A DNA stretch of 32,000 nt, from NCBI GenBank assembly GCA_024277355.1, contig JAJRVL010000005.1, forward strand, positions 1 to 32,000, given 5' to 3'. This DNA is from an archaeon. Lineage in GTDB: Archaea; Iainarchaeota; Iainarchaeia; Iainarchaeales; 1-14-0-10-31-34. The position numbers and the translations under genes were made by a program. The notes beneath the pieces were generated by a model. That model had not been told where the DNA came from, searched no databases, and saw nothing but the letters and a program-made list of their open reading frames with translations. Each line of letters opens with the position of its first letter. Positions within the stretch are counted from its first letter, which is position 1. Of the stretch, positions 9,779 through 18,562 are shown one piece after another.

Positions 9779-11394
9779 GAGACTTATTTAGAAACTGGAA
9801 AGTAGTTTTATTGGTTGTATTTTTATTTTTAGCATTACTTTCACTTTCATTTAACGGCTTAAAATATGGCATTGACTTTAATGGAGGAACACAATTTCAG
9901 ATTCACTTAGCAAAACCTTTAGAAAATTCAGCTGAAATCGCTCAAGTTACTTCAATTATTTCTCATAGATTAGACTGGACCGGCTTAAAGGATACTAAAG
10001 TTACTGCTTGGGGTAATGAATTTATTATTGCTCAAGTAGCTGAAACTTCTCCTGAACAAGTTGAAAGAATTGAATTATTATTAAAAAAACAAGGAAGATT
10101 TGAAGCAACATTAAATGGAAAAACAATTTTTTCTGGTTCAGATATTTTGCATATTTTTAAGGATACATCTAAAGGTTATGGAATAATTAAACAAGGAGAG
10201 TCTTTTGAATGGCGTTTGCCTTTTTTGTTAAGTGAAGAAGCAGGACAAAGATTTACTGAAATGACTTTTCATCAATGCACTATTTCTGGTTTTGATGCTT
10301 CTCAAGGAAAAACTTATGATTGTGAAAAAACTTATTTTTTCATTGACCGTCCTTCAGCAGTAATTTTAATGCCTTCTTTAATGCATTCAAAAAACAAAGA
10401 TTTATTATTGACTGGAAATTTAACTGAAAATATTCCTCAAGGAACAGACATAGATGAATTACTTTTAAATGCACAGACTCCATTAATTTTAACTGATTCA
10501 AATTTATCTGATTCAGATAAAAATGAATTAATGAATTATTCTAAGACTTTTGAAAATGTAATTATTCCTTCAAATACTTTTTCTGAACAATTTTTGCTTG
10601 ACTTAAATGCTTTTGGATTTAAAGTAACTGAACTGGAACAAGAAAAAAATATTCCTTGGATTTGGAATGCTGTCGGCGTAAGAGAAGTTATTTCTTTAAG
10701 TGAAGACATAACAAACATGAATCCTTATATTGAAGATGTAAAAGATGCAAAAAGATATTCTGAATTAGTTATCAGAGGTTTTGGTTCAGATGAACAAGAT
10801 GCATTAACTAAACTTTCAAATTTAGCTATTTTGCTTGAATCAGGTTCTCTTCCTATTGGTGTAGAATCAATTGGAAAAGAAACAATTTCTCCTAATTTAG
10901 GAGAAGAATTTTTGTTTGTTGTTGCTTTAATGGGAATAATTTCTTTGATTGTAGTTATGTTAGTTTTATTTATCCGATACAAAGAACCAAGATTAATTAT
11001 TCCTATTGGGTTTACTATTTTTTCTGAAGTAGTTTTAATTTTAGGTTTTGCTTCTTTTATTAAATGGAATTTAGATTTAGCATCTCTTGCAGGAATTGTT
11101 GCTGCAGTTGGAACTGGAGTTGACCATCAGATTATTATTTCAGATGAATTATTAAGAAAAGAAGCAGATTATGAAACCTCTTTTGTTAACAGGGTTAAAA
11201 GAGCTTTTTTCATTATTTTTGCTGCTGCTGCCACTTCTTTGGTTACAATGGCTCCAATAATTTTATTTGGTTTTGGTTTAGGAAAACTTGTAGGTTTTGC
11301 AATAACTACTATTTCAGGAGTATTAATTGGTGTTTTTATTACAAGACCTGCTTTTGGAGAAATAGCAAAATACTTGTTAACTAAATCAAAGTAA
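9775..11394 (+). CDS. secD: Protein-export membrane protein SecD
   Basis: KYGIDFNGGTQFQIHL, TSIISHRLDWTGLKD, GIVAAVGTGVDHQIIISDE; tandem with SecF. Confidence 0.93.
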   Translation: MRDLFRNWKVVLLVVFLFLALLSLSFNGLKYGIDFNGGTQFQIHLAKPLENSAEIAQVTSIISHRLDWTGLKDTKVTAWGNEFIIAQVAETSPEQVERIELLLKKQGRFEATLNGKTIFSGSDILHIFKDTSKGYGIIKQGESFEWRLPFLLSEEAGQRFTEMTFHQCTISGFDASQGKTYDCEKTYFFIDRPSAVILMPSLMHSKNKDLLLTGNLTENIPQGTDIDELLLNAQTPLILTDSNLSDSDKNELMNYSKTFENVIIPSNTFSEQFLLDLNAFGFKVTELEQEKNIPWIWNAVGVREVISLSEDITNMNPYIEDVKDAKRYSELVIRGFGSDEQDALTKLSNLAILLESGSLPIGVESIGKETISPNLGEEFLFVVALMGIISLIVVMLVLFIRYKEPRLIIPIGFTIFSEVVLILGFASFIKWNLDLASLAGIVAAVGTGVDHQIIISDELLRKEADYETSFVNRVKRAFFIIFAAAATSLVTMAPIILFGFGLGKLVGFAITTISGVLIGVFITRPAFGEIAKYLLTKSK

Positions 11395-11427
11395 TCTTTT
11401 TTAATTACAAAAAACACTATTTGTTTA

Positions 11428-12024
11428 ATGAAACCCAAAAAAAGACCTGTAATAAAGCCAAGAAAAAGACTTTCAGTAAAAAAACAATTAGAGTCAACTA
11501 AAGGATTAACTAAAAGAGAATTAGTTTGGGCAAAACAAAAAAGAAAAAAACTAAAACAAGTTAAATCAACTGGAAACAAAAAACAAGCATTAATTCAATT
11601 AAAAGATTTTCCCAAGTCCCATTTTTTTATTCATCAACATCTTCCAGTTGAAAAAAGAATTTATTCTACTGGATTGCCTAGTGCAGGAGATATTGCATTC
11701 TTATCTGCTTTAATGCGAAAAGGAAAAGCAAAAACTGGTGTTTTAGCTTCAACTAATAATAAAGGAAAAATAACAGGTTATACTTTTTTTAAATTAAATA
11801 AACCTTTATCAAAAATAGACACTAATTTTTTGTCAATGATTATTGATAATGTTTTTGAAAAAGAAGTTAATGCAAGAACTTTAATTGATTACAGTAAAAC
11901 TCTTAAATCTGTCTTAAAAAAAGGAGGATATATTTTAACTCAAAAAACTGTTGCTATTCAGGGTTATAAATTTAACAAATCAGTAGGTTCTTTTGTAAAA
12001 ACAAGAAAAACTAAATCAAAGTAA
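11428..12024 (+). CDS. Hypothetical protein with Lys/Arg/Pro-rich N-terminus
   Basis: 198-aa ORF starting MKPKKRPVIKPRKRLSVKKQ; no family recognised. Confidence 0.6.
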   Translation: MKPKKRPVIKPRKRLSVKKQLESTKGLTKRELVWAKQKRKKLKQVKSTGNKKQALIQLKDFPKSHFFIHQHLPVEKRIYSTGLPSAGDIAFLSALMRKGKAKTGVLASTNNKGKITGYTFFKLNKPLSKIDTNFLSMIIDNVFEKEVNARTLIDYSKTLKSVLKKGGYILTQKTVAIQGYKFNKSVGSFVKTRKTKSK

Positions 12025-12513
12025 CTCGTTGAATTCTTCTACTTTAGCTATCTTTTTTGTAAAGTAATACCATAACATGACAATAAATAATGCAGTAGCC
12101 ATCCATGAAATTTCATGTACAATTGAAATCAAATGAACTCCATAATTAATTCCTACCCATAACACAAAATAAATTCTGATTAAATTTAATACAAACATTA
12201 TTGCTGATGCAGCCAAAAAAATCTTGATTTTTTGTTTGATTTCTGGTTTGCTTAAAGAAAAAATTATTGCAGCAATAATGCTAATACTTACTAATCCAGT
12301 ACAAGAAGGATTAATTAATATTTTTTGGGTTTCAATAAACATTAAGTTTCCTTCAACCGGAAGATTAAATGCATTTGCCTGAATTAATGCAATCCATTTC
12401 TGAATAAAAGTTGTTGGAATAGTCCAAACTAAAAAATGCAAAACAGAAAAAATTAAAGTAAATTTAATTAAAAATAAAAGTGTTTTTTTGTTTCCTTCAA
12501 TGAATTTATGCAT
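12016..12513 (-). CDS. Exosortase/archaeosortase family protein
   Basis: 165-aa multi-pass membrane protein with NPSCTGLVSISIIAAIIFS (Cys motif), LNLIRIYFVLWVG (Arg motif) and VHEISW (His motif), the conserved Cys-Arg-His arrangement. Confidence 0.82.
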   Translation of the reverse strand: MHKFIEGNKKTLLFLIKFTLIFSVLHFLVWTIPTTFIQKWIALIQANAFNLPVEGNLMFIETQKILINPSCTGLVSISIIAAIIFSLSKPEIKQKIKIFLAASAIMFVLNLIRIYFVLWVGINYGVHLISIVHEISWMATALFIVMLWYYFTKKIAKVEEFNELL

Positions 12514-12514
12514 T

Positions 12515-13027
12515 TTACCACGGAACCTTTTTTATTTTAAGTTTAAATGCAAGAAAATTACTTGCTTTATGTGCAATTAACGTAATAAAACAAATTAACA
12601 AAAACATTTCAGCTGAAACAGAATAAATTAAGCTTCCAAATAATATTACTCCGACAACAAAATCTAATTGGTCTAAAAGTAATATTGGCTTGCCTGTTGT
12701 AATGTCAAATCTTCTTTTAACAAAACTTGCAGCCACATCTCCCATTATTGCTCCAAAAGAAAGAAGTATTCCATAAAAAACATACTGAGGAATTATTGGA
12801 ACATTTCCTTGAAAATAAAAATCTAAAATTAAAACTGAAATTATTCCTGAAATAACTCCAAAAAAAGTTCCTTTAATTGATTTTCCTTTTCCAAACAAAG
12901 GTTTTTCATCAAAAAAATTCAAGTTAAAATCCATTTGTGTTTTTCCTGCAAAAAGCATTGCAGAAGAATTAGCAACATATAATGGAATTAAAATTAAAAT
13001 TATTTCAATTAAAAAAGAATAACTCAT
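12515..13027 (-). CDS. carS: CDP-archaeol synthase (CarS/DUF46)
   Basis: YVANSSAMLFAG, DFNLNFFDEKPLFGKGKSIKGTFFG, GDVAASFVKRRFDITTGKPILLLDQLDFVVG. Confidence 0.92.
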   Translation of the reverse strand: MSYSFLIEIILILIPLYVANSSAMLFAGKTQMDFNLNFFDEKPLFGKGKSIKGTFFGVISGIISVLILDFYFQGNVPIIPQYVFYGILLSFGAIMGDVAASFVKRRFDITTGKPILLLDQLDFVVGVILFGSLIYSVSAEMFLLICFITLIAHKASNFLAFKLKIKKVPW

Positions 13028-13143
13028 TTCTTCGCCTTTTTTTTATTAAGTGTGTTTGGTTATTTAATATTTATTACTGTTTTTTGTTTAAATAGTTTTC
13101 TTAACTCAATCCTTTTTTATTTTTAACATGTGTTAATTGTTTT

Positions 13144-14031
13144 ATGAATAAAATTTTTATTGCAGTAATTTTAGGATTAATTTTTTTAGTGTTATTAGCT
13201 TTAAGTTTTTCTGCTTTGTTTTCTGGATTAAATGAAGAAATAGCAGTAATTCCAATTAAAGGAGAAATCTCTTCTTCTGGAGATAGTTTTTCTTCTTCTA
13301 TGAGTTCAACTGAAATCGCAGAAAAAATAAAGCAAGCTGATTCAAATCCATTAATTAAAGCAATTTTTTTAGATATTGATTCCGGAGGAGGAAGTGTTGT
13401 TGCAACAAAAGAAATAGTTTATGCTGTAAGAGAAACAGAAAAACCAATTACTGCATATATTGGAGAAATAGGTGCGTCAGGAGCTTATTATATTGCAGCA
13501 TCTTCAGATTTAATTATTGCAGATGAAGATTCTATAACAGGAAGTATTGGGGTAATAAGTGTTTCAGCTAATGTTACTGGTTTATTAGAAAAACTGGGAA
13601 TTAAAGTTACTGTTTTAAAAGAAGGAGAATTCAAAGATATTGGTTCTCCATTTAAAGAATTAAATGAAAAAGAAAAAGAAATTTTAAATGAATTAATTTC
13701 TGAAGTAGCAGTAAACTTCAAAAAAGATATTTTAGATTTCAGAAAAGAAAAAATGCAGGAAGAAAAATTTAATCAAATAGCTGATGGAAGAATTCTTTCA
13801 GGAAGAAAAGCAAAAGAAATAGGTTTAATTGATTTTACTGGAAGTAAAAGTTTTGCAATAAAAAAAACAGCTGAATTAGCAGGCATTAAAGGAAAACCTT
13901 CATTAAAGTATTTTAAAAAAGAACAATCTGATTTATTTTCTTTGTTTTCTAAAATGGGTTATTCTTTTGGTTCTGGTTTTGTTTCTTCACTTAAGGCATC
14001 TAATTCTAATTTCCAGTTATATGCAAAATAA
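13144..14031 (+). CDS. sppA: Signal peptide peptidase SppA-like S49 protease
   Basis: LDIDSGGGSVVATKEI, IGASGAYYIAASSDLIIAD, GSIGVI, LKEGEFKDIGSPFKEL (candidate Ser/Lys dyad regions); N-terminal TM. Confidence 0.9.
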   Translation: MNKIFIAVILGLIFLVLLALSFSALFSGLNEEIAVIPIKGEISSSGDSFSSSMSSTEIAEKIKQADSNPLIKAIFLDIDSGGGSVVATKEIVYAVRETEKPITAYIGEIGASGAYYIAASSDLIIADEDSITGSIGVISVSANVTGLLEKLGIKVTVLKEGEFKDIGSPFKELNEKEKEILNELISEVAVNFKKDILDFRKEKMQEEKFNQIADGRILSGRKAKEIGLIDFTGSKSFAIKKTAELAGIKGKPSLKYFKKEQSDLFSLFSKMGYSFGSGFVSSLKASNSNFQLYAK

Positions 14032-14059
14032 TTAAATACTTCTATTCCGTGTTTTTTTT

Positions 14060-14740
14060 ATGAAGCCAAAACCAAGAAAACTTTCTTCTGCAATGCTTGC
14101 TAAAAGAAAAAAAACTGATGTTTCTGAAAGCAGATTAAATGCAATAAAAAAAATGGCTAAACCAAGAAAAAAAAGAGTTATAGTTCATTTAGGAAATGTA
14201 GGTTCAGGAAAAACCAAAGTAGGAACCATTAAAATAAATCATTTTCCTGCACAAAAAACTTTTGCTTATGCTAAAAAGTTTCCAAATTTTAAGTTTATTG
14301 GAATTGATGCCTTGCATTTAGGGCTTTATATGCAAATAAAACCAAAAAATATGAATCAAATTAAAGCAGGATTTAAAGGAGGTTTAGGTAAATTAAAGGA
14401 TAATTCAGTTGATTTAATTTCTTCTGAAATGGCTTTAGGTTATTATGGCTCAAAATTTAAGGGAGTAAATAAATCTCAAAAAGGAAATTACAGGGAATAC
14501 ACAAAAAAAGTTACAGAAAGAGCTTACAAAAAACTTAAATCAGGAGGAAAATTATTGATTGCATTAGACTCTGATATAATTGCGTCTGTGTTTGACTCTC
14601 TGGTTTCTGTAGGATTTAAGCCTGAAAATATTAAAGCAAAATTAATGACAAAAAAAGAAAGCCAAAGAACTTATTGGCTTGAAAATTATAAAAAAGAACA
14701 TCAAGGAATTATATTTTATCAGTTAAGTGCAGTAAAATAA
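14060..14740 (+). CDS. Putative SAM-dependent methyltransferase-like protein
   Basis: 226 aa; IVHLGNVGSGKT, FKFIGIDAL, LKDNSVDLISSEMALGYYG, AYKKLKSGGKLLIAL resemble Rossmann methyltransferase motifs. Confidence 0.5.
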   Translation: MKPKPRKLSSAMLAKRKKTDVSESRLNAIKKMAKPRKKRVIVHLGNVGSGKTKVGTIKINHFPAQKTFAYAKKFPNFKFIGIDALHLGLYMQIKPKNMNQIKAGFKGGLGKLKDNSVDLISSEMALGYYGSKFKGVNKSQKGNYREYTKKVTERAYKKLKSGGKLLIALDSDIIASVFDSLVSVGFKPENIKAKLMTKKESQRTYWLENYKKEHQGIIFYQLSAVK

Positions 14741-14741
14741 T

Positions 14742-15428
14742 TTAACCTGCAATTATAACTGAAATTATTACTGCAATTGAAGTTGCAATAAAATTAACTA
14801 AAGTGTTTGAAAGTTTTCCTTTTCTTTCAAATAAAGCCCCTAAAATGCTGTCAGCAAAACTTCCAATTAATCCTGCGAATAAAATTATTCCTGCAAAAAA
14901 CACGCTTGAATATAATGCATAATACATTAATGCAATTAATCCTGCTCCAATAAAAGCTGAAATACTTCCTAAAACGGTTATTCCTCCGTCTGTTCCTGTT
15001 TCAACTTCCTGAAAATTAGTTATAAGCAAAGGTTTTTTTTTAGATAACATGCCTATTTCTGAACTCATTGTATCAGCTAAAGCAGCTGAAATTACAGCAA
15101 AAAACCCTAAAGGAAAATTTAATCCTAAAGCAATCACTGCAGCTAAAGAATTTCCTAAAACGTTTCCTGTTGTTCTTGTTTCATGTTTTTCTTTTCTTTT
15201 TTTTGCTCCATATTTAGTGCTTAATTCTCCTATTATAAGAAAATAAGTCATAAACAAAAAAGCAGTTAATCCGCCAACTGAAGTCATTAACCCAAAAAAA
15301 ATAGTAATTAATCCAATTAAGATTCCAATTATTATTCCTTTTTTGTCAAAACTTTTTTTTCTTAATGACGTAAAAGAAAATAATGCAAAAACTAGTATTA
15401 TTATAATTATTTCAGGAAAGCTTAACAC
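14742..15428 (-). CDS. DUF92 (TIGR00297-like) membrane protein
   Basis: Multi-pass; TRTTGNVLGNSLAAVI, ALADTMSSEIGMLSKKKPLLITNFQEVETGTDGGITVLG, FADSILGALFERKGKLSN. Confidence 0.87.
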   Translation of the reverse strand: MLSFPEIIIIILVFALFSFTSLRKKSFDKKGIIIGILIGLITIFFGLMTSVGGLTAFLFMTYFLIIGELSTKYGAKKRKEKHETRTTGNVLGNSLAAVIALGLNFPLGFFAVISAALADTMSSEIGMLSKKKPLLITNFQEVETGTDGGITVLGSISAFIGAGLIALMYYALYSSVFFAGIILFAGLIGSFADSILGALFERKGKLSNTLVNFIATSIAVIISVIIAG

Positions 15429-15430
15429 TT

Positions 15431-16051
15431 TTATTTCCCTTCAATTAACTTTGTTTTGATGACTTCAACTCTTTTGATTAAGCCGACTTTTTTTGCGTCA
15501 TTCTGGATTTTTATTGCAATGTTTCCAAAAATCATTTCATTTACAAAATCATCAAAGTCTCTTTTTTTTGAAGCATAAGCAATTTTTTCAAGCATTATTT
15601 TTCTTATTGCTGTTTCTTTTATTTTTGGAAGTTTTCTAAATGAAACTACGACTGTTTTTACTCTTGCTTTTTGTCCTTCTTTTAAATTAACTATCTGGTT
15701 TGTTTCCATTTTGCTTGTTCTTCTTCTAATAATTCTTTTAATGAAATTAGTGTTTATTTCATGCCCTATTAATTTAGTGTAAGCTTTTAATCCCTGAACA
15801 TTAAATATTTTAAAATATAAAGTTACATGCTGTTTTTTTGGATTTCCTGTTAATTCTCTTGCATTTAAGTTAATTACTCTGTTTTCAAGTGTTTCTGGTT
15901 TTTCTGCAACTGTTTCTCCAATTTCTTTTTGGTCAAACATTTTTGGTGCAAAAATAGTAAACCATTTTTTTTTCTTCCATTTATCAGTTGTTCTTCTTGA
16001 ATCAGTTCTTTTTGGTTTTATTTTTTGTTTTTTTTCTTCTTTTTTTGCCAT
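15431..16051 (-). CDS. rps3ae: 30S ribosomal protein eS1 (S3Ae)
   Basis: KKKWFTIFAPKMFDQKEIGET...NLNARELTGNPKKQHVTLYFKI...LIGHEINTNFIKRIIRRRTSK. Confidence 0.93.
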   Translation of the reverse strand: MAKKEEKKQKIKPKRTDSRRTTDKWKKKKWFTIFAPKMFDQKEIGETVAEKPETLENRVINLNARELTGNPKKQHVTLYFKIFNVQGLKAYTKLIGHEINTNFIKRIIRRRTSKMETNQIVNLKEGQKARVKTVVVSFRKLPKIKETAIRKIMLEKIAYASKKRDFDDFVNEMIFGNIAIKIQNDAKKVGLIKRVEVIKTKLIEGK

Positions 16052-16173
16052 AATTATCCCTATTTGATTTCCTGAATTATTTTTTCTCCTTGTTCAAGCA
16101 TTTTTTTTTAAGTCTTTTCCTTTTGTTTCTTTAGAAAAATTTTTTGATGAAATTTTCATAGTATAATCCACAA

Positions 16174-16632
16174 TTATTTCACCATTAATTCTGCTTCTTT
16201 TTCAGTGTATCTCCATTTTTCTGGAATTCTGTCTTTTTTTGAATAATATTTTGTTAGTCTTCTAATTTTAGATACAGTTAATTGATATCCTCTTTTAGCT
16301 GTTTTATCATGATTGTTTTCTTTCATATGCTTTTTTTCTTTAACTGATTTTCTGATTAAATTAAGCAGGTCTCTTGGAAAGTCTTGTTTTAATCCTTCAG
16401 TGTCATCAATTATTTTCTGAATTTTTAGTTTTGTTGCTGATCTAACTGATGGAACTGCATAAACATCTCTTAAAGTTATTCCTATTTCTGAAGCAGTATG
16501 TCCTTTATGGGTTAATTCAATTATTTTTTCTTTTATTTCTTTTGCACTTAATCCAGTCCATTCAGGATTGTCTTTTTTTATCGGCCTTTTTGATTTGCTT
16601 TTTCCTTTGCTTCTTCCATGCATTTTTGCCAA
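16174..16632 (-). CDS. rps15: 30S ribosomal protein uS15
   Basis: MAKMHGRSKGKSKSKRP...PEWTGLSAKEIKEKIIELTHKGHTASEIGITLRDVYAVP...RRLTKYYSKKDRIPEKWRY. Confidence 0.95.
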   Translation of the reverse strand: MAKMHGRSKGKSKSKRPIKKDNPEWTGLSAKEIKEKIIELTHKGHTASEIGITLRDVYAVPSVRSATKLKIQKIIDDTEGLKQDFPRDLLNLIRKSVKEKKHMKENNHDKTAKRGYQLTVSKIRRLTKYYSKKDRIPEKWRYTEKEAELMVK

Positions 16633-16755
16633 ATTAATCTACCCCTTTTAATAAAGTCATTTAATATGTGTGTAAAATGAATTCAAAAAATAGCATTAAA
16701 TTAATGCTTAGTAATATTATTTCTGAAACATTAGGTTTTTATAGGTTTTTAAGGG

Positions 16756-17358
16756 CTACAAATACCTTTTCCTTTTCTCAACTTCCTCAATTCTTTTCAG
16801 TACTTCTTTTCCTTTACTGCTTTTTAAGTATCCTTGTTCAATCCAGTTCCATTTTTGTTCTTTTTCAGGATAACTAGACAAAAAAGTTTTCTTAAATCCT
16901 AATAAATCAACTGCAAAATCTTCTATTTTATGTGAATTAAATCCTAATCCAAAATCAATGAAAAAAATTTTTCTTTTTTTAATTAAAATATTATTTGAAG
17001 TTAAGTCTCCGTGAACAATTGAATTTAAATGAAGCAGTGAAATTTGTTTTCCGATTTCAATAAATTCTTTTTTTTCCATTGAATTAATTTTTTCTTTTAT
17101 TTTTTTTGCGTTAAGCCATTCCATTAAAATTGAATTTTTGTTGTAGTCAATTCTGTAAATTATTGGCGTTCTTATTCCGGCTATTTTTGCTTTGTGAAGT
17201 AAATTTACTTCAGCTTTTATTCTTTCTTTTCTTATTTTTTCATCTAATTTTTTTTCTCTGTATTTTTTTGGGATTCTTTCTTTTTCAACAGCTTTTTTTC
17301 CATTAAACTCAACTAAAAAAGTTTTTGCTTCTGCTCCTTCAAAAATAAGTTTTTTCAT
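16756..17358 (-). CDS. bud32: Bud32 (KEOPS complex atypical kinase)
   Basis: EGAEAKTFLVEF, KYREKKLDEKIRKERIKAEVNLLHKAKIAGIRTP, LHLNSIVHGDLTSNNILI, FIDFGLG; stand-alone rather than fused to Kae1. Confidence 0.93.
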   Translation of the reverse strand: MKKLIFEGAEAKTFLVEFNGKKAVEKERIPKKYREKKLDEKIRKERIKAEVNLLHKAKIAGIRTPIIYRIDYNKNSILMEWLNAKKIKEKINSMEKKEFIEIGKQISLLHLNSIVHGDLTSNNILIKKRKIFFIDFGLGFNSHKIEDFAVDLLGFKKTFLSSYPEKEQKWNWIEQGYLKSSKGKEVLKRIEEVEKRKRYL

Positions 17359-17384
17359 ATAAACAAGTATTTAAAAAAAAGATT

Positions 17385-17912
17385 TTAACATCTTTGTTTT
17401 GTTTGTTCTTTTAATTCACTGAAAGAAATTATTGCAGAAGAAGTAGTATCTAATGCATTTTCATTAAATTCAGTTGTTTTTGAAGCAAACAAAGAATAAT
17501 TTGAAATATAATTTTGAATTGAATCTCTTGCAGAAGAAGCTGAAGTTCTGATTGAATCAATTAAGTCAATTTGATCTAAACAATTGCTTGTCTGCTGTAA
17601 TTCAGCTAAATTTAACTGCATTAAAATTAATTCTTTTCTTGTTTTAATTAAAGCTCTTAAGGCTTTAACTGAATCATTCTGTCTTTTTTCATTTAATTCT
17701 GTTTCAAAATCAACTAATTCAGCATTATATTCAGCTAATTTCTGGTGTTCTGTTGGAACAATTCCTATTTTAACAAATTTTTCATCCATTGCATTAATTC
17801 TTTTTATTCCTTCATCAAAAGAAACTGTGTTGAAAACCTGTTCAACAAAAACAAAGTAAAGCATAATTACTGCTACAAGCAACACCAATAATAATTTACT
17901 TTTTGTATTCAT
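17385..17912 (-). CDS. Hypothetical membrane-anchored coiled-coil protein
   Basis: N-terminal TM KLLLVLLVAVIMLYFVFV then helical domain. Confidence 0.6.
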   Translation of the reverse strand: MNTKSKLLLVLLVAVIMLYFVFVEQVFNTVSFDEGIKRINAMDEKFVKIGIVPTEHQKLAEYNAELVDFETELNEKRQNDSVKALRALIKTRKELILMQLNLAELQQTSNCLDQIDLIDSIRTSASSARDSIQNYISNYSLFASKTTEFNENALDTTSSAIISFSELKEQTKQRC

Positions 17913-17934
17913 TTTAATTCACTTTATTTTTTTA

Positions 17935-18507
17935 TTATTGTTTTTTCTTCTTATTAAACTTTCTTATTTCCTGTATTTTTACAATAAAATTTGCAATAAT
18001 GCTTGAAATCATATGGCTTAAAAGCAGTAAATAAACTGTTTCTTTTTCAAATAAACTAATTAAATAAATTGTTTCTGTAATAAAATAAAGTACACTAAAA
18101 ATTAATGCAGTCAATAAAATTTTTTTCTTTGTGAATTTAATATAATGAAATATTGGTATTTCTTCAACTAAAGAAAGCCCTAAAGGAACACTCATTATAA
18201 TAATTAAAAAAAAAGTATAACCCCATCCAGTTAAAACCAAAAAAACAAAAGGAATTCCTAAAATAAATGTAATCTGCTTAAACCTCTGCTTTAATTTTTC
18301 AGGGCTTTTTTTATTCCATTTAACATAATTTTCTGTTAAAGAAGCAAAAACAGTCATTGAAGTAATCATTAAAATAAAATAAATTCTTGAATGAATTGAA
18401 TCAAAAAAAGGACTTTCTTTTATTAATAATAAATAGCTGAATAATACAATTAATCCTAATAAAATAAAACTAATCTTAAATTCTTGCCTGATTTTTTTTG
18501 AAACCAT
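17935..18507 (-). CDS. Hypothetical multi-pass membrane protein
   Basis: 190-aa ORF with several hydrophobic segments and a C-terminal Lys-rich tail. Confidence 0.6.
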   Translation of the reverse strand: MVSKKIRQEFKISFILLGLIVLFSYLLLIKESPFFDSIHSRIYFILMITSMTVFASLTENYVKWNKKSPEKLKQRFKQITFILGIPFVFLVLTGWGYTFFLIIIMSVPLGLSLVEEIPIFHYIKFTKKKILLTALIFSVLYFITETIYLISLFEKETVYLLLLSHMISSIIANFIVKIQEIRKFNKKKKQ

Positions 18508-18562
18508 AGCTAATACAAAAGAACTTTATTCTATTTATGTTTGTGTTTTAGTTTTTTTAAAG

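Noticed and set aside
13123-13136. TTAACA-TG-TGTTAA inverted repeat upstream of sppA
   Set aside because: Short arms in AT-rich DNA about 8 bp before the start codon; too weak to call without comparative data.
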